A stretch of 64,000 nt of DNA, taken from Macrostomum hystrix (Eukaryota > Animalia > Platyhelminthes). Under the pieces are notes generated by a model. It did not search any database, was not told the DNA's origin, and saw only the letters and a program-made list of their open reading frames with translations. Every line of letters begins with the position of its first letter. The stretch's first letter is position 1. The position numbers and the translations under genes were made by a program. The stretch covers positions 1,550,001 to 1,614,000 of the forward strand of contig CATNEN010000031.1 in assembly GCA_950097015.1 (NCBI GenBank), given 5' to 3'. Positions 46,701 through 57,359 of the stretch are shown here, one piece after another.

Positions 46701-49700
46701 ATTCTTCAGGCCTCTCCATGGAATCCCTCAGGTGTCTCTCTGTGATCCTTCAGGCCTCTCCCTGGAATCCTTCAGGCCTCTCCCTGGAATCCTCAGGCGT
46801 TTCTCTGGAATCCTTCAGGCCTCTCCCTGGAATCCTTCAGGTCTCTCCATGAAATCCCTCAGGCGTTTCTCTGGGATCCTTCAGGCGTCTCCCTCGATTC
46901 CTTCAGGCCTCTCCCTCGAATACTTGAGGGCACGCCTACAGAACCTTTAGGTCTCTTAATTCTCATGAATCCCCTAATCCTTCAGGCATTACCCATTAGT
47001 GAGCCCAGAAGTTAATTAGCTGATTAAAAGCAGCAGGTGACATCTACCTTTCAGATGGCCAAGCAGTCGGAAACCATAAAACGGCTGCAGGAAACGCTGG
47101 CCCAATCGCAGATTGAACTTGAAGAGTTGAAGCGACGCAGCGATGAAGAGGTGATTAGGAATCTTTAAGCCCTTTATTTATACATCATTGTTGCTAAGTT
47201 CATATCAATCCCTTCATAATAAATTTTTATCCATAACTTTCAGTTGAGCAACCGCGAGAGAACAATCAAGCAGCTGCAGGAGGACCTGCTTGAGTCGCAG
47301 TCTCAGTACACCAACTGCTATGACGAGGTTAGAATATTTTGAATCTAACTGGGTCTTTGGTATCATGATTTACAATAAATAAAGTCACGTAAAATGTCAT
47401 AGAATCCAGAGGTCATAGAATCCAGAGGTCATAGAATACAAAGGTCATAGAATCCAATGGTCATAGAATCCAGAGGTCATAGAATCCAGAGGTCATAGAA
47501 TCCAGAGGTCATAGAATCCAGACGTCATAGAATCCAGAGGTCATAGAATCCAGAGGTCATAGAAAAAAATTTCATAGAATCCGTCCCCATCTCCGTGTAT
47601 TCCACCGGGTCTTTAGTCGATGCGAGTCGAAGAGGAGCTTGAGAAGTCCAAGTCGCAGTGCTTGGAGTTGAAGGCAGCCTGGCAGCGAGCTCAAGCTGAG
47701 CAGGGCCGCTGCGCCGAGTCCGTTAAGCAGCTGGAGGCGGAGCTCCGCTCGCAAGCCGACCGCTGCCGCGGCTTTCAGCGGGACTGCGCCGAGCGCGACC
47801 AGCAGACGGCCGGCCTCGGCGCGGATTTAGAGGTGGCGCTGCGTCGACTCCAGGGCGCCAAGGAGGAGGCGGCGCTGAAGGACGCGGAGATCGGACGGCT
47901 ACAACGGAAGGTGAAGGATACGCAGGCCGAGCTGCGAAAGGCTACGACGGCGACAGAGCAGCTGGAGGAGCGGCTGAAGACTCAGGAGCAGGCCTGTAAT
48001 CATCTGCAGCAGGAGCAGCAGGTGAGGGGCTCCAGCTTCACTGAGCAACCACTGATAGGCTGCCAAACAAATGTACATTTGACCCCTGGCTGAAGAACTG
48101 TGTTAATTTGTTACCGACGTCGAATTGCTAGGCAATGAAACATTGCCCCAGCATCGCCAGCATCATTGCCCCAACTAAACTCAAATGAAACCCAAACTAA
48201 ACCCTTTGGGTGAGTACCAGAGCGGTCTAACGCGTTTACCTCTCTCACCGATTGGTCCCTGAGCTCGATTCCGCGGCGAGGCCACATTAATCTTGGTGTG
48301 TAAGATTGACACCCTTGAGGGCCAACCTCCAAGGCACAGTGAGAGTGTACACTGCCTGACGATGTGCGTGTGTGCTCAGGAATCGGCGGAAAATGTGCCA
48401 GTGTCCACTCTAACTCCAACTGAAACAATGCCCGAACTAAATCCAAACTAAAATCAATCAAACTGAAATTAAGCACAAGCTACGCCTGTATTGATCTGCC
48501 AATAAACCTGTGCTAAACTGCAGGTGCTGCTCCAGGAGCTGCGCAATCAGCAGGCCGCGTCGGGCACCCTGCGACGCGAGGCGGAGCTCGAGCGCACCGC
48601 CAAGCAGGAGGAGGCCGCCAAGTACCAGAGCGACCTGCGCAGCCTGGAGGCCAACCTGGAGGAAGCCACCGCCGAGCTAGAGGAGGCCCAGAATGCCAAC
48701 TTCGGCCTGCGCAAAACCATCGAGAGCTTGGAGGCGGCTCTGGCGGAGGCGCGCGCCAGGGCGCACAAGCTGGACGGCGACTGTCACCGGTTGGCTGGCC
48801 GGGCGCGCGAGACCGAAGCCGAGCTGCAGCGGGAGCGGGCACTCGGCCAGCAGCTCGAGCGGGAAGCCGAAGCTGCCAGGAGTGACGCCTCTAGGCTGGA
48901 GCAGACGCTGTCGCAGACGCGGTCGAGGCTGGCCAGCGCGCAGGTGAGTAGGATCTGACAGAATGGATCTGATTGGATGGGATCTGAGGTAATGGGATCT
49001 GAGGTAATGGGATCTGAGGAAATGGGAGCTGAAGAAATGCGATCTGAGGAAATGGGAGCTGAGGAAATGCGATCTGAGGAAATGGGATCTGAGGAAATGG
49101 GAGCTGAGGAAATGCGATCTGAGGAAATGGGATCTGAGGAAATGGGATCTGAGGAAATGGGATCTGAGGAAATGGGATCTGAGGAAATGGGATCTGAGGA
49201 TATGGGATCTGAGGAAATGGGATCTGAGGAAATGGGATCTGAGGAAATGGGATCTGAGGATATGGGATCTGAGGAAATGGGATCTGAGGAAATGCGATCT
49301 GAGGAAATGGGATCTGAGGAAATGGGATCTGAGGTATGCAATCTAGATTTAGATTTTGGAATCTAAAGATCTGAGTATTTAAAATGGGTTTCTGAGGGAG
49401 AGAATTCGGATAAATTGATAAGAAGCCGCTCCCCCCGGCACTGTCAGGGCCAGCTGGAAGCGCTGACGGGACATCAGTCGGCCAGCCGAGAGCAGGCCGA
49501 AGCCGCTGAGAAGCGCCAGTCGGAGCTGTCCGCGGAGCTGGAGCGATCGCGGCAGGAGGCGGAGGCGCTGAGCCGGCAGCTGGAGGAGCACCGGCTGCAG
49601 ACTCAGCAGTGCGAGGACTGCATCCGCCAGTTGACCAAGGAGTTGTCCGCGGCGCAGTCGGAGCTGGCCGCCGGCGCCGACAAGCTTCGCCGGAAGGAGG

Positions 49701-52700
49701 CCGAGCTGGCCGAGTCTGTCGAACGCCTGGAGGCGCAGGAGCTGCTGGCGGCGCGGGCCCAGGAGCGTGAACGCCAGTCGGCGGCCGAGCTGTCCAGCTA
49801 CCGGGAGTCGCATCGTCACGGCGACGCAGAGTTCGAGGAGGCCCGCGGACGCGCCGACGCCCTGGCGATGCAGCTGGACGAGGCGCAGCGGCAGCTGGCG
49901 GCCCGGTCGGCTCACGTCCTGGAGCTGCAGGAGGCGGCCCGGGAGATGCGTGGCGAGCTGGCCTCAGCGCGCGAGCAGCGACAGGCGGGCGCGGCTGAGT
50001 TTGCCCGGCTGGAGCAGGCTGTGAGTAGTTTTTCTAATTTATTCTTACGCCTTTTTCTCAATTCTGTTGTCAGTAAAAAAATTCTATTCGCTATTTATAA
50101 ATATCCCTGAAGTTATTGCCGTGAAATCCCGATAAGAAGGTCTTTAAAAAATCCCATAAATGAAAAAACTTAATCCGGTTATTCGGCTAACATAATTCCG
50201 GTTCGAAAATCTTCACTTCTTATTCTTCAATCCCATTTTCATTTCCCCAGGGGGCGGAGTGGAAAAGTGATTTAACGCCTTTGCCTCTCTCACCGATTGG
50301 TCCCTGAGCTCGATTCCGCTGCGAGGCCACAGTCATTTTGGTGTGTGAGCCTGCGTACAGTATCTGTGTGCATATGTGAGCCTGCGTACAGTAACTGTGT
50401 GTGTGTGTGAGCCTGCGTACAGTATCTGTGTGCGTGTGTGAGCCTGCGTACAGTATCTGTGTGCGTATGTGAGCCTGCGTACAGTATCTGTGTGCGTATG
50501 TGAGCCTGCGTACAGTATCTGTGTGCGTGTGTGAGCCTGCGTACAGTATCCGTGTGCGTGTGTGAGCCTGCGTACAGTATCTGTGTGCGTATGTGATCCT
50601 GCGTACAGTATCTGTGTGCGTGTGTGCTCAGAAGTCAGCGGAATGGGCAGAATTGCCTCCTCGCTGGCTGCGGGTCTAGTGTCGGCAAACAATGTGCCAG
50701 TGCATGCAGTCCTCCTTCATGTGCTAAATAGTTAATTAATAAATAATTATTCTCGATCGTCGCCTGCAGGTGCAGCAGCTGCAGCTGCAGCTGTCCTCGG
50801 CGCAGCAGCGGCAGCAGTCGGACCAGGCCCGGCTGCATGAGTCGCAGTCCCGTCTGGAGGCGGAGGCGCAGCGACACGCGGACCTGGCCGCCGCTCTGCG
50901 CCAGGAGCTGTCAACGAAGTCCGCCGAGGCCGGCCGTCTCCGGGCTGACTACGAGACGCTGAAGGATGCCACGGAGAAGAAGCTGGAGGAGCTGGAGCTG
51001 GCCGAGGCAGGCTTTCGCGAATGCCAGTCGGAGCTGCGCGCCAGCGAGTGCGAGAAGGCCGACCTGGCCGCGGAGGTCGCCGCATGGCAGCAGGAGGCCG
51101 ACCGGGCCAAACGGGAGCTGGCGGACCTGCGGGCCCAGGCCAGGTGCTTATCTGATTTGAAGCGCTGCCTGTTTAGACAGGGATTTGATGGAACAGGGAA
51201 TTGATGGAACTGGGATTTGATGGAACAGGGAATTGATGGAAAAGGGATTTGATGGAACAGGGATTTGATGGAACAGGGAATTAATGGAACAGGGATTTGA
51301 TGGAACAGGGATTTGAGGTAGCTTGGACGTGAAAGAATAGGGATTTAATGGCACGAGAATTGAAGAGGACTTGTAGCGTCAAAGATTTCAAGATAGCGGG
51401 ATTAATAATAAAAATAATTGCAGGAGGGCTGTGGCCAATGGCACATCATTTGGTGACATCAGACCCGCAGCCAGCGAGGAAGCAATTCTGCTCAATTCGC
51501 TGACTCCTGAGCACACACGCACACAGATACTGTACGCAGGCCCCACACAGTCGCACAGGTGTGTACATCTGCCCTGACTTTCTCATCGTCAGGCAGTGTA
51601 CTCTCTCAATGTGCCTTGGAGGTTGGACCTCGAGGGCTTAAATTGCACGACAAGCCCCCAAGCCTTCTCTCCGCGACTGCGCCCCAAATGAATGTGGCCT
51701 CGCCGCGGAATCGAGCTTAGAGACCGTGGTGCGAGAGGCAAACGCGATAACCGCTCTGCCACCGACCTCTTTGAACCGGGATTTAAGGGTCAAAGATTTG
51801 AGGGAACCAGGATTTAAGAAAACATGGATATGAGAGGACAGGGACTCGAGCAGCGATATGGGTTTCAAAGACTGCAGGATTCTAAAAAACTCAGATCGAA
51901 ATGATTTTATGAAATTAATTATGAGAACTAGAACGTAGTTTAAGTCAATAGTGTCTAGCGATACAGATGCGCTTACAATGCACTTTCGCTGCTACCAGAG
52001 AGTCCATGCGCTCGGCAGAGCTGCAGGAGGAGCAATCTGAGCAGCTCAGCCAGCAGGTGGCGCAGCTGCAGTCGGAGCTGGCGGCCAGGGCTCAGGAGGC
52101 GGCGCAGCACGAGGCCGCCGCCAGCCGGGCCGGGGCGGAGCTCCGCCTGCTGCAGGAGCGCTGCGCGGCGGCCGATGCGGAGCTTGCTGAGCAGCGCGCC
52201 TCCATTGAGCGGCTTCGTCGGGACGTCCTGTCAGTGAAGGAGGAGGCGCACAGCTCGGCGCAGGAGGCCCAAACGAATCGGCAGCGGCTGCAGAAAGCGG
52301 AGGTGGAAGTCGAGGGTCACCGTGAGCACGAGCGCCTCCTGGCCCGTCAGGTTGAGCAGCAGGAGCAGCTTCTGGTGCAGCTGCAGGCCGAGCTGAAGCT
52401 CGAGCGCTCGCGCGGCGTCGATCTCGGCAAGCAGTTCGCCGCCACCCGACGACTTGTCGGCGAACTGCAGGACGAACTGGAAACTGGGCGACGCTGCGAG
52501 AAGGATCTGGTTGCCAGGACGAAGGAGCGGGAGCAAAGCCTGGCTGTGCTCACAGAGGAGCTGGAGGCCATGGGCGAGCGACTGCGCCAGATGCACGAGA
52601 GCGCCGCCGAGAAGGACATCGCCGCCAGGTCGCTGAAGCAGCAGCTGCAGGCGGCGGTCAAGGAGGCCGGGCAGCGCGGCGAGGAGGTCAAGCGGCTGCT

Positions 52701-54828
52701 GGAGCAGGTGAGTCGCTGCCGAGCAATCGATTAATTAGATGCAACCAAGGCAAGCAGCCTTTGACTTTCGCCAAATCCCTACGCCCATCCCGAAGGTGTC
52801 AACTCAGCAGCGCCAGCTGGCGGATCGGGAGGCAGCCACGACGCGCCTGACCGCGGAGCTGAGTGAGCGGCAGCGCGCCGCCGAGGAGCTTCAGCGCCAG
52901 CTCCAGTCGGCCCAGTCGGCGCAGAAGGAGTCCGCTCTCAGCCTGGACGAGCGCGGCCGAGAGCTGGTCCGCCTGCGGCAGGAGTCAGCTCGGACAGATG
53001 CGCAGGCGGCCGGGCTGGCTGAGCAGCTGGCCGGAGCCGAGGAGGCGGCGCGGAGAGCTCGGGAGGACGCGGCGCGGGTCTACGAGACGGTGCAGCGAGT
53101 TGAGGAGGCCAAGGCGGAGATGTGCCGCCGCCTGGAGCAGACGGAGAAGGACAAGCGGCGAGCGGAGGAGCGAGCTCAACAGCTGGCCGGCGAGCTGTCT
53201 GAGCGAGAGGAGGAGCTCGTTGTGCTTAAGGTGAGCAGCCTCAACCACAACGACCTTTCTAATTCCCTCCCATTCCTTCAAATCCCATTCCTTCAAATCC
53301 CATTCCTTCAAATCCCATTCCTTCAAATCCCATTCCTTCAAATCCAATTCCTTCAAATCCCATTCCTTCAAATCCAATTCCTTCAAATCCAATTCCTTCA
53401 AATCCAATTCCTTCAAATCCCATTCCTTCAAATCCCATTCCTTCAAATCCCATTCCTTCAAATCCCATTCCTTCAAATCCAATTCCTTCAAATCCTATTC
53501 CTAGAAAACCTGTCGAATCCCCAATCCCTACTGCTTCCACTGTCGCAGGTGGACAACACGGGGCTCAGCGAGCGCCTTCGCGCCCGCCAGGACGAGTTGG
53601 ACCAGGCCAAGGCAGCCCTGCAGCAGCTGCACGACGAGTGCGGCAACCTCCGCATGGCCCTGGAGGACAGCCGGGCCAACGCGGAGCGGCTGCACCGTGA
53701 CAGCGAGCTGGTTGTGAGCAATGTGAACACCTGGGTCCACGACCAGAAGGCCGCCAACGAGAAGCTGGGCAAGAAGATTCGCGAACAGTCGCGGGCAATC
53801 GCGGCCCTGCAGCAGGAGCGGGACAAGCTGGCCGAGCAGGCGGAGCAGATGCGCGGTCAGCTCACCAAAGCCAAGCCGGTGGACCTGGACAAGTTCCGCG
53901 CTCTCCAGACTCACTCGGCGCAGCAGCAGGAGCTCCTTAATCAGCTGCGGACGCGTCTGCACGACTGCGAGCTGGGCGACACCGACCGGGCGGCTGCGCT
54001 GGACGAGCTGCACGGCCGGCTGCGGGAGAGCGCCGACTCAGTTGGCCGGCTCAACCAGCAGATCAACCAGCTGCAGAAGGAGAATCGGCAGCTGCGTGCG
54101 GAGCTGGAGCGTGAGAGGCTGGCCGCCCAGTCCTACAAGGTGCAGGCGGAGAGTCGCGACCAGACTGTGGGCGCATTGAAGGCCCAGCTGGAGGCGAAAG
54201 CTTTTCAAGTGTTCTTTGACGATCAGGCGGTGAGACATTAAATTACTGGACAAATGTACTTTAATAATAGGTAGCTGTTTATGTAAATCTTTACATGTGG
54301 ACTGAGAATTGTGCATATTCATTGCCAAAGGAAATACACGAGCTTATGCTTATCGCCAGTCTCCTCCAATTTTAGGCTGTCAATCTTGGCTTGTCGAACG
54401 TTGATCGCGAAAAAGTACGTTTACTAATTCTATCAGCTACTCATAGTAGAAATGTGATCATTTTTTCAGTGGACTTAAAAAACTAGTAATAAATAAGCTA
54501 AAAGCGTAATATGACAAATTTCAGGTTCGCGGCGCCGTTGAGAGCGCTCTTAAAGACGCAGGTGTGTCCGATCCCAGCCAGCTAGACAAAAACTACTGGA
54601 TTAACCGTTGCGGAGAGGTGAGCCCTACGTTTTAAGCCTTCATAACTACTGCTAGCACCCATTTTATACAGCCATTCAAACAAGCTTAATAGTGAAAATA
54701 ACAACTAACGAATCTTGCAGTTGTCCAGCCAGTTGCAGCGAAGCGGCGAATACTGGGGCGACAAGGTGCGCGAACTGTCTGCTAGACTGGAGCGTGCCAG
54801 CCAATCAGAAGCGTCGAAGCACCCGTAA
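31743..54828 (+). CDS. Giant coiled-coil protein, about 2,200 aa, PMFBP1-like C-terminal region
   Basis: join(31743-32075,32756-32902,33624-33884,38031-38159,39706-39843,40201-40443,42710-42877,43436-43612,43737-44540,45347-45598,47055-47150,47244-47327,47617-48021,48524-48943,49448-50020,50770-51143,51999-52707,52796-53230,53549-54229,54525-54617,54721-54828) = 6630 nt, one frame. E/Q/R/L heptads; QKAANEKLGKKIREQ resembles the PMFBP1 motif as I recall it. Some acceptors are ambiguous by a few codons. Confidence 0.8.
32495..32670 (+). mobile_element. SINE family A, 5'-truncated copy
   Basis: gcctgactataagaaggccagg..tgggcagaattgcctctcgctggctgcggatctagtgt. Confidence 0.7.
33912..34430. repeat. 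Intronic minisatellite, 20-bp unit tcaattagtcatttccacct, about 25 copies
   Basis: Direct tandem repetition starting about 27 nt after donor 33885. Confidence 0.92.
35125..37155. repeat. Intronic minisatellite, 20-bp unit gacaccggtaaattcagtga, about 100 copies
   Basis: Direct tandem repetition. Confidence 0.97.
38170..39690. repeat. Intronic minisatellite, 23-bp unit cctgagctgtgtcacctcacaca, about 60 copies, filling nearly the whole intron
   Basis: Direct tandem repetition; decays just before acceptor 39705. Confidence 0.97.
40455..41230. repeat. Intronic minisatellite, 20-bp unit tctttggaagcaggcggtgt, about 38 copies
   Basis: Direct tandem repetition; stop-free unit explains the overlapping ORFs on both strands. 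Confidence 0.96.
41690..42020. repeat. Intronic minisatellite, 44-bp unit, about 7 copies
   Basis: ctctcaaatctctcttgttttgggatgagattttgagttccaat repeated. Confidence 0.92.
42380..42620 (-). mobile_element. SINE family A, internally deleted copy
   Basis: gacctgcagccagcgaggaggcaattctgccc..gtggcctcgccgcggaagggacc..gagaggcaaacgcgtta. Confidence 0.8.
42928..43100 (-). mobile_element. SINE family B copy
   Basis: gttcagtccgtggactg..gctggtacccattctacagctgaatgaactgaagc..ttaagtgtcttgcc..gattcgaactcccgacc. Confidence 0.7.
44545..45300. repeat. Intronic minisatellite, 15-bp unit cactccaaccccagt, about 50 copies
   Basis: Direct tandem repetition beginning at the predicted GC donor. Confidence 0.96.
45640..46930. 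repeat. Intronic minisatellite, 22-bp unit gaatccttcaggcctctccctg, about 58 copies
   Basis: Direct tandem repetition with higher-order blocks. Confidence 0.95.
47395..47580. repeat. Intronic minisatellite, 16-bp unit catagaatccagaggt, about 11 copies
   Basis: Direct tandem repetition. Confidence 0.9.
48215..48400 (+). mobile_element. SINE family A, internally deleted copy
   Basis: gagcggtctaacgcgttt..gctcgattccgcggcgaggccac..gagggccaacctccaaggcacagtgagagtgtacactgcctgacgat. Confidence 0.8.
48965..49335. repeat. Intronic minisatellite, 15-bp unit atgggatctgaggaa, about 24 copies
   Basis: Direct tandem repetition starting about 20 nt after donor 48944. Confidence 0.95.
50275..50700 (+). mobile_element. 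SINE family A copy carrying an internal 31-bp x9 tandem expansion
   Basis: tRNA head 50275-50330, array 50340-50625, SINE 3' part 50625-50700. Confidence 0.85.
51175..51320. repeat. Intronic minisatellite, 16-17-bp unit gatggaacagggattt, about 8 copies
   Basis: Direct tandem repetition. Confidence 0.88.
51410..51767 (-). mobile_element. SINE family A, full-length copy
   Basis: Near-colinear with 4240-4582. Confidence 0.87.
53270..53495. repeat. Intronic minisatellite, 15-bp unit ccattccttcaaatc, about 15 copies
   Basis: Direct tandem repetition. Confidence 0.93.
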
Positions 54829-55671
54829 ATGTGACCGCAACGTGCCAGCCAATCAGAGGCGTCGGAGCTTCTGACTCATTCAAATTTTAATTATTAGTCG
54901 GATTCTGAAAAAAAAATTTTGCAAAGATTTCTATTTTTCTATTTTCATTTAGGTGTTTTGTTTTCTAAAAATTTCTTGAAAAATTCTTCAAAATTCAACC
55001 TAAGACATTCATTTCGTGCTTGCGTTAATTGTATGTCGTTGGCCTTATACTTGTAGGCATTCATTTAAAATTGAAACTATAATGTTCGCTCCTCTGTGTG
55101 TTAATCGTGTACTTGTGGCTGGTCTGCATTCGAATTACTAAAGTTTTATATATAAATTTCAGTAGTTTTTTTCAACTTTCTTTTAATATACTTCAAGTAG
55201 TGCAAGCAGCGTTTTTATCGCTATTTGTATTATTCACCGAATTTAACAATGATTTTTACCGTCCCGCTTAAGTCCTCCAGCGGAGGCGCAATCATCCATT
55301 GGTGTTTCTGCTATAGAGAAATGGCATTTTTTATTTTAACAATTTTCAATTATGTACATTTCGTCTAAAATAGAATCGATATAGCAATTAGAACTAGAAA
55401 TATTTGTCCTAGATGTTTCTCATACTATGGAAGTACATAAACAATTTATTTGAATTGATAAAGCTTTACTTAACACGCGAGTTTGAAACACGTTTTATTT
55501 GTTTATTTGCAGCTTTAGTGATCGAATTTGAATGAAAAAATGGTAAAAAATACATTGTACAATTGACTGTCGTGTCCTGAGTAATCTCAAACCTTGAAAT
55601 AATTTATACACACCGATTATTTTTATATATTTTAATTAAACTACTTTTTATGGATTCGATTTGGGTCTAAA

Positions 55672-56500
55672 GGACTGTCGATTCAGGACTAAAGGGTTGT
55701 CAGTTCGGGACTAAAGGCTTGTCCATTCGGGACTAAAGGGATGTCAGTTCGGGACTAAAGGGTTGTCCATTCAGGACTAAAGGTTTGTCCATTCAGGACT
55801 AAAGGGTTGTCCATTCAGGACTAAAGGTTTGTCCATTCAGGACTAAAGGGTTGTCCATTCAGGACTAAAGGGTTGTCCATTCAGGACTAAAGGGTTGTCC
55901 ATTCAGGACTAAAGGTTTGTCCATTCAGGACTAAAGGGTTGTCCATTCAGGACTAAAGGGTTGTCCATTCAGGACTAAAGGGTTCTCAGTTCGGGACTAA
56001 AGGGTTGTCAATTCGGGACTAAAGGGTTGTCGATTCGGGACTAAAGGGTTGTCAATTCAGGACTAAAGGTTTGTCCATTCAGGACTAAAGGGTTCTCAGT
56101 TCGGGACTAAAGGGTTGTCAATTCGGGACTAAAGGGTTGTCGATTCGGGACTAAAGGGTTGTCAATTCAGGACTAAAGGTTTGTCCATTCAGGACTAAAG
56201 GGTTCTCAGTTCGGGACTAAAGGGTTGTCAATTCGGGACTAAAGGGTTGTCGATTCGGGACTAAAGGGTTGTCAATTCAGGACTAAAGGGTTGTCAATTC
56301 AGGACTAAAGGGTTGTCCATTCAGGACTAAAGGGTTGTCCATTCAGGACTAAAGGGTTCTCAGTTCGGGACTAAAGGGTTGTCAATTCGGGACTAAAGGA
56401 TTGTCAATTCGGGACTAAAGGGTTGTCAATTCAGGACTAAAGGGTTGTCAATTCGGGACTAAAGGCTTTTTCATTCGGGACTAAAGGGTTGTCAAATGGA
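55672..56500. repeat. Intergenic minisatellite, 22-bp unit ttcaggactaaagggttgtcca, about 37 copies
   Basis: Direct tandem repetition with a 110-bp higher-order repeat. Confidence 0.95.
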
Positions 56501-56649
56501 CTAAGGTTAGGTGGTTAATTCGAATTTGCTTATTCAGTTTTTAGCTTAGCTTGATTTTAATTACAGATCTAGAATAAAATATAGAAATCTGTAAAACCGA
56601 TAGCATTATAAAATATTAATGTATGATTACTAGTTTTAACCCCAGAGTC

Positions 56650-56994
56650 TCAATCGGAAGATTTTAATACAAACACAACAATGAGCGCCAATAGGCAGGT
56701 TGTTATTGGCAATGACAGAACGATGGTGGCAATAATCTGGGAGGACAGCTGCTGTTCTACCTGCGGGCAGTTCTGCGCACTGGTGCAATTCTCGCAGCAA
56801 GTCTTGGCGCAGCAGCGTTTGCACACCTGTTCTATGGCGGTGCAGAAAATTTCCGATTGTAACTCCAAGGTGTCCGTGCCTTCCTTTTGATTCTTCGAAT
56901 CCGATTGGTTACTGCAGACTGTTTGTTGGACAAACAAGATCAGCAACAGCAGCAGCAGCAGAACAGACGGCGTAGGCCAATTTCGGTATTCCAT
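56650..56994 (-). CDS. Small type I membrane protein, 114 aa: signal peptide, 8-Cys ectodomain, C-terminal TM helix
   Basis: ATG start; hydrophobic LLLLLLLILFV; C-x6-C-x2-CC-x3-CC-x2-C-x5-C; TM IIATIVLSLPITTCLLALIVVFVL. No family recognised. Confidence 0.65.
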   Translation of the reverse strand: MEYRNWPTPSVLLLLLLLILFVQQTVCSNQSDSKNQKEGTDTLELQSEIFCTAIEQVCKRCCAKTCCENCTSAQNCPQVEQQLSSQIIATIVLSLPITTCLLALIVVFVLKSSD

Positions 56995-57184
56995 AGTTTT
57001 TACAAGAATCGTCTTTCAAAGCTTTTTTAATAGACTTCTAAATGAACGCGTGCTAAGCGGTGAGTCTCGATAGTCTATGGTATTTTTTAACTGCACTTTT
57101 ATTGTGATGATGCTACTTAGCCAAACCTTAGTCGCCAAGTAAACAGGGTCAACATCCCAAGAATATATGTCTTCCATATAAATT

Positions 57185-57330
57185 TAGTTATTAGTCTCTG
57201 GGAGCCCAGACGTCGTTAGTTCGAATCGCAGCTCTCAATTCTCTAATGGTAAAATAGGTACCGACGTTAAATGGGATAGAAATTTTGGTGTGTGTAGAAC
57301 TACCCCAAGTCCACGGACTGAATACAGTAT
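57185..57330 (+). mobile_element. SINE family B, degenerate fragment
   Basis: gttagttcgaatc..ggtacc..gttaaatggg..caagtccacggactgaatacag. Confidence 0.5.
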
Positions 57331-57359
57331 ATCTTCTAAATAAACATAAGCATTCTTAA

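Noticed and set aside
45618-46950. ILQASPWNPSG-repeat ORFs
   Set aside because: Translations of the intronic 22-bp array, broken by frame shifts at unit indels.
48784-49366. SSDPI and MGSEE repeat ORFs
   Set aside because: Translations of the intronic 15-bp array between well-phased exons.
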